From assembly GCA_964503965.1 (NCBI GenBank), contig CAZDCK010000007.1:34842-98841 (forward strand): a stretch of DNA of 64,000 bases, read 5' to 3'. Below are positions 60,999 through 64,000 of this stretch, in pieces; position 1 is the stretch's first letter; the number at the start of each line of letters is the position of its first letter. A model generated the notes under the pieces. The model worked only from the letters and a program-made list of their open reading frames with translations. It made no database searches and was not told where the DNA came from. Made by a program: the position numbers and the translations under genes. This DNA comes from an uncultured Enterobacteriaceae bacterium (GTDB lineage Bacteria > Pseudomonadota > Gammaproteobacteria > Pseudomonadales > Pseudohongiellaceae).

Positions 60999-61700
60999 AT
61001 GTCGGTTTACAGCTATACACGTACTTCACAAATAGAACACCTGGAAACTTCCCAGGATCTGGAAACCCTGCTTGAAAAAGAAGATCTGCGCTTGCAGACC
61101 TATGCGCTTGGCGAGGGTATGAAAGTGAATGAGCGCATCATTGACCAGGACCAGAAATGGAATATCAATTTTGCAAAACGCCCAGAAGCTGCCAGTTTGC
61201 TCAGAAAACTTCAACCTGGTGATATTGTGCTGGCCTGCACGCTGGAAAGGATATTCAGTAACTGTGAAGACATGGCAAATATGCTGCAGGAATTTCGTAA
61301 GCGCCGGGTCAAGCTTTATGTAGTTGATCTTGATGGTGAGGTCACGGATACAGAGTTTGCGCCTCAATTTACGGATGTGCTTAAAGTCTTCCACAGCCTG
61401 GAAAAGCGTCGCTCAACAGAGCGCATCAAAACCGTTAAACAAAGTCAGCGCAAGAAAGGCCGCTTCCTCGGAGGCAGCCGTCCCTTTGGCTACATGATCC
61501 ATTCCAATGGCAAGTTGATTGAAAATCCCATGGAGCAGAAGGTCCTGAAAAAAATCCTCGACATGAAAAAACAGGGAAAATCCCTGCGGGCCATTTCCTC
61601 TGAAGTCAGTACCCCGATGATGCCGGTCAGTTTCAAGACTGTGCAACGACTTATTAAACGCCACGACAGTGAAATCAACGCCAGGCAGGAAGACCGATAA
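60999..61700 (+). CDS. serine recombinase (resolvase/invertase catalytic domain plus a short recombinase/HTH-like C-terminal region)
   Basis: 233 aa. VYSYTRTSQ fits the Y-x-R-x-S catalytic serine motif at the N-terminus. RPEAASLLRKLQPGDIVLACTLERIFSN...RRVKLYVVD fits the RP..../GD.lvv..lDR/ motif order of resolvases. ...RKKGRFLGGSRPFGY... resembles the linker at the start of the recombinase domain of larger serine recombinases. KKQGKSLRAISSEV is HTH-like. Confidence 0.75.
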   Translation: MSVYSYTRTSQIEHLETSQDLETLLEKEDLRLQTYALGEGMKVNERIIDQDQKWNINFAKRPEAASLLRKLQPGDIVLACTLERIFSNCEDMANMLQEFRKRRVKLYVVDLDGEVTDTEFAPQFTDVLKVFHSLEKRRSTERIKTVKQSQRKKGRFLGGSRPFGYMIHSNGKLIENPMEQKVLKKILDMKKQGKSLRAISSEVSTPMMPVSFKTVQRLIKRHDSEINARQEDR

Positions 61701-61710
61701 TCCGGTCTGT
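61696..61710. repeat. right copy of the perfect 15-bp inverted repeat (GATAATCCGGTCTGT)
   Basis: It is the reverse complement of 60949-60963. It overlaps the recombinase stop codon (TAA 61698-61700) and lies 74 bp upstream of the lolC ATG. Confidence 0.9.
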
Positions 61711-61783
61711 GCACTGTAATAAGCCTTTTTCACATGCCGATCAGGATCATGCCTGACCTTTCCAGGTATGTTTTAATGCTGAC

Positions 61784-63031
61784 ATGCTGAAATCCATTCC
61801 TTTCCTGATAGGCCTGCGTTATATCCTTGCACGAAAAAATAACCGTGTAATTTCCTTTACATCCCTAATTTCCATGGCAGGACTCACCCTCGGTGTACTG
61901 GCGATCATTGTCGTTCTTTCGGTCTACAATGGTTCCCAGGGGGTTATGCGTGAACGCACGCTGATTACGGTATCCCATGGTGAAATTTCGACACTGACTG
62001 CCTTTCCCGATTGGGAAAGCGGATTGTCAGTGCTCCAGGGGTATCCGGATATTTCAGGGGTCGCACCTTATGTATCCCTGGAAGGAATGCTCAGCCAGCA
62101 GGGGTATCACCAGGTCACAGAGATCAAGGGGATATCTCCAGAAGCTGAAATCAATGTATCTGCCATTGCAGATAATATGGTCGATGGTGAATTGGAGGAT
62201 CTGGTCCCCGGTGAAAACGGCATCATCCTCGGCAGGGTCCTTGCCGGTAATCTCAGGTTGAACAGGGGGGATGCTGTTAATCTTGTGGTACCGGCTATCC
62301 AGGATAATAATCGGTTGAAACTGGAAATGCACCGTTTTACGGTTAAAGGTATTTTTGATCCCCGCTTCAGCATTGGATCAGAACTGGCTCTTGTCCACAT
62401 TGATGACACTGCTGGCCTGCTGGCAGGGGGGGAGTTGTCGGCCAACATACAGTACCGGCTGAAGGTGCCTGATCCTGACGAGGCGAGGGCAGTTGTTGCC
62501 AGTAGTGTGTTACTGCTGGACCAGACATTTCCAGATGTTGGATTCTCGGGCAGGGACTGGAGCGTGACCGAGGCCAGTCTATTCAATGCTCTGAAAATGG
62601 AAAAACTACTCACCTGGTTCATGCTGATGATGATTGTTGCCATTGGTGCCTTCAATATTATTTCGACTCTGGTCATGTTGGTGTCGGACAAGAAAGCGGA
62701 TATTGCTATCCTGAGAACAATGGGAGCTGGCGAAAAAACCATCATGGCAATATTCGTGGTTCAGGGAACCCTGGTGGGAATCCTGGGGACTGCTGCGGGG
62801 GCGCTGTTGGGTGTTCTGATTGTCAGTAATTTTTCTGGTATTACCGCCAGTCTTGATGGTTTTGTGGCTCCCGCCAGTCTGTATGTTATCAGCGCATTGC
62901 CAGCAACCCTTGATAGCACAGATGTCTGGATAACTTGTGTCATCGCGCTTGGCATAAGCTTTATAGCGACGCTGTATCCTGCGCTCAAGGCCTCTCAGAT
63001 TTTACCAGCGGAAGTGCTGCGCTATGAATGA
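61784..63031 (+). CDS. lolC: lipoprotein-releasing ABC transporter permease LolC
   Basis: 415 aa. FLIGLRYILARKNNRVISF matches the LolC/E N-terminal signature (FIGLRY). It has a MacB-like periplasmic domain and a C-terminal FtsX-type 3-TM bundle. It is followed by lolD and a second permease. Confidence 0.85.
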   Translation: MLKSIPFLIGLRYILARKNNRVISFTSLISMAGLTLGVLAIIVVLSVYNGSQGVMRERTLITVSHGEISTLTAFPDWESGLSVLQGYPDISGVAPYVSLEGMLSQQGYHQVTEIKGISPEAEINVSAIADNMVDGELEDLVPGENGIILGRVLAGNLRLNRGDAVNLVVPAIQDNNRLKLEMHRFTVKGIFDPRFSIGSELALVHIDDTAGLLAGGELSANIQYRLKVPDPDEARAVVASSVLLLDQTFPDVGFSGRDWSVTEASLFNALKMEKLLTWFMLMMIVAIGAFNIISTLVMLVSDKKADIAILRTMGAGEKTIMAIFVVQGTLVGILGTAAGALLGVLIVSNFSGITASLDGFVAPASLYVISALPATLDSTDVWITCVIALGISFIATLYPALKASQILPAEVLRYE

Positions 63032-63722
63032 TCCTGTTCTGCATTGCGAGCAGCTTTGCCGTATTTACCAGGAAGGCAGTAACTCCCTGGAAGTACTCAG
63101 TGACGTGAATCTCTCCGTTATGCCCGGTGAAAGTGTAGCTATTACCGGTGCGTCAGGGTCCGGCAAGACGACGTTACTGAATCTGCTGGGTGGAATAGAC
63201 AAACCAAGCCGGGGCAAAGTCTCTATTCTTGGTCAGGATATTGCTTTGTTGTCAGGCAAGGAACTGGACAAATTACGTAACCAGACACTTGGCTTCGTCT
63301 ACCAGTTTCATCACCTACTTGGTGAGTTTTCAGCCATAGAAAACGCCGCCATGCCGTTGATTATCGCTCGTCGCCCATATGCTGAATGCCTGTCAAGGGC
63401 CAGTGATATTCTGGGAAAAGTCGGATTGAAAGATAGGCTACATCATAAGCCGGCCCAGTTGTCCGGCGGTGAACGGCAGCGAGTCGCTATTGCACGGGCA
63501 CTGGTGAATAATCCTGCCTGTGTCCTGATGGATGAACCAACGGGGAATCTGGACCTCCATACTGCTGCTGACATTCATGAATTGATGCAGCAATTGAAAA
63601 CAAGAATTACCACAAGCTTTATCGTAGTTACTCATGATCCTGCTTTTGCCTCACAAATGGATACAGCATATGAATTAACAGAGGGAATGCTTGTGCTTTC
63701 CCGTTCTACACGAGGGAGGTGA
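63024..63722 (+). CDS. lolD: lipoprotein-releasing ABC transporter ATP-binding protein LolD
   Basis: 232 aa. Walker A is GASGSGKTTLL, the signature is LSGGERQRVAIARAL and Walker B is VLMDEPTGNLD. It overlaps lolC by 8 nt. Confidence 0.92.
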   Translation: MNDPVLHCEQLCRIYQEGSNSLEVLSDVNLSVMPGESVAITGASGSGKTTLLNLLGGIDKPSRGKVSILGQDIALLSGKELDKLRNQTLGFVYQFHHLLGEFSAIENAAMPLIIARRPYAECLSRASDILGKVGLKDRLHHKPAQLSGGERQRVAIARALVNNPACVLMDEPTGNLDLHTAADIHELMQQLKTRITTSFIVVTHDPAFASQMDTAYELTEGMLVLSRSTRGR

Positions 63723-63723
63723 C

Positions 63724-64000
63724 ATGCAATCTCCTCTCGCACTTACGATAGGAAAACGTTACTCCTCGGTACGTTCCCGAAATCTTCTGACAGGGTTTAT
63801 TTCATTACTGTCCATTACAGGGCTCGGCCTGGGAGTTGCCATTCTGATCACTGTTCTTTCCGTCATGAACGGATTTGACCGGGAACTGCAGGACAGGATA
63901 CTTGCCATGGTCCCTCATATCACCCTTTATGATGGAAGAACTTCGGCCTTGCAGAATGAAAAACAGTGGCAGGAGATCGCAACGAGCATTAATGCTTTAC
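63724..64000 (+). CDS. lolE: lipoprotein-releasing ABC transporter permease LolE (N-terminal fragment; continues beyond the window)
   Basis: Hand translation from ATG 63724 gives MQSPLALTIGKRYSSVRSRNLLTGFISLLSITGLGLGVAILITVLSVMNGFDRELQDRILAMVPHITLYDG... This is a LolC/E-type N-terminus, and the frame is open to the window end. Confidence 0.8.
   Translation, partial: MQSPLALTIGKRYSSVRSRNLLTGFISLLSITGLGLGVAILITVLSVMNGFDRELQDRILAMVPHITLYDGRTSALQNEKQWQEIATSINAL

Larger units (their letters stand above)
60949..61710 (+). mobile_element. candidate invertible segment or minimal serine-recombinase cassette (IR - recombinase gene - IR)
   Basis: A 762-bp unit consists of a 15-bp IR, a 35-bp leader, a 702-bp serine recombinase CDS, and a second 15-bp IR overlapping the stop codon. 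It sits in the nuoN-lolC intergenic region. The element class is inferred, not demonstrated. Confidence 0.4.

Noticed and set aside
1-64000. Scan for CRISPR arrays, rRNA genes, prophage or integrase modules, toxin-antitoxin pairs and known defence genes
   Set aside because: I saw no regularly spaced direct repeats, no rRNA-like sequence, no tyrosine integrase, no phage structural genes, and no nuclease/helicase/ATPase genes outside the housekeeping ones (mfd, lon, clpX). The only recombination-related gene is the small serine recombinase reported above.

Overview
This window looks like a mostly housekeeping chromosomal segment of a gammaproteobacterium. As far as I remember Pseudomonas/E. coli gene order, the neighbourhoods match: tig-clpP-clpX-lon-hupB-ppiD, gloB-yafS-like-rnhA-dnaQ, MTIP-csiV-like-mfd-gap-apbE-sthA, and lolCDE. 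I support about 60 CDS. They include ttcA-tusA-pdxB, alaA, msrB, a YejABEF-like peptide ABC importer, cysI plus a DUF934 gene, nfuA, and a complete 13-gene nuoA-N operon with fused nuoCD. I found no rRNA, tRNA or CRISPR array, and no recognisable defence island or multi-gene novel system. Four places are not explained by ordinary annotation. (1) A 233-aa serine recombinase gene between nuoN and lolC is bracketed exactly by a perfect 15-bp inverted repeat, which suggests an invertible or minimal mobile cassette. Palindromes and GTGCAA repeats lie upstream of it. (2) The accessory-looking block at 5-9.4 kb holds a TPR plus beta-barrel outer-membrane protein resembling Slam/DUF560 (type XI secretion). 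It sits beside a divergent small beta-barrel protein and a two-gene operon of unknown function that faces an RND/MMPL exporter. (3) A 1.16-kb AT-rich, essentially ORF-free spacer upstream of tig contains an 86-bp element with perfect 15-bp terminal inverted repeats, a third partial copy of the repeat, short tandem repeats and a G8 tract. (4) Against the gene order I recall for Pseudomonas, apbE sits here without an nqr operon, and the nuo operon plus the recombinase lie between sthA and lolC. All functional calls rest on motif and sequence recognition by eye, and none was checked against a database.
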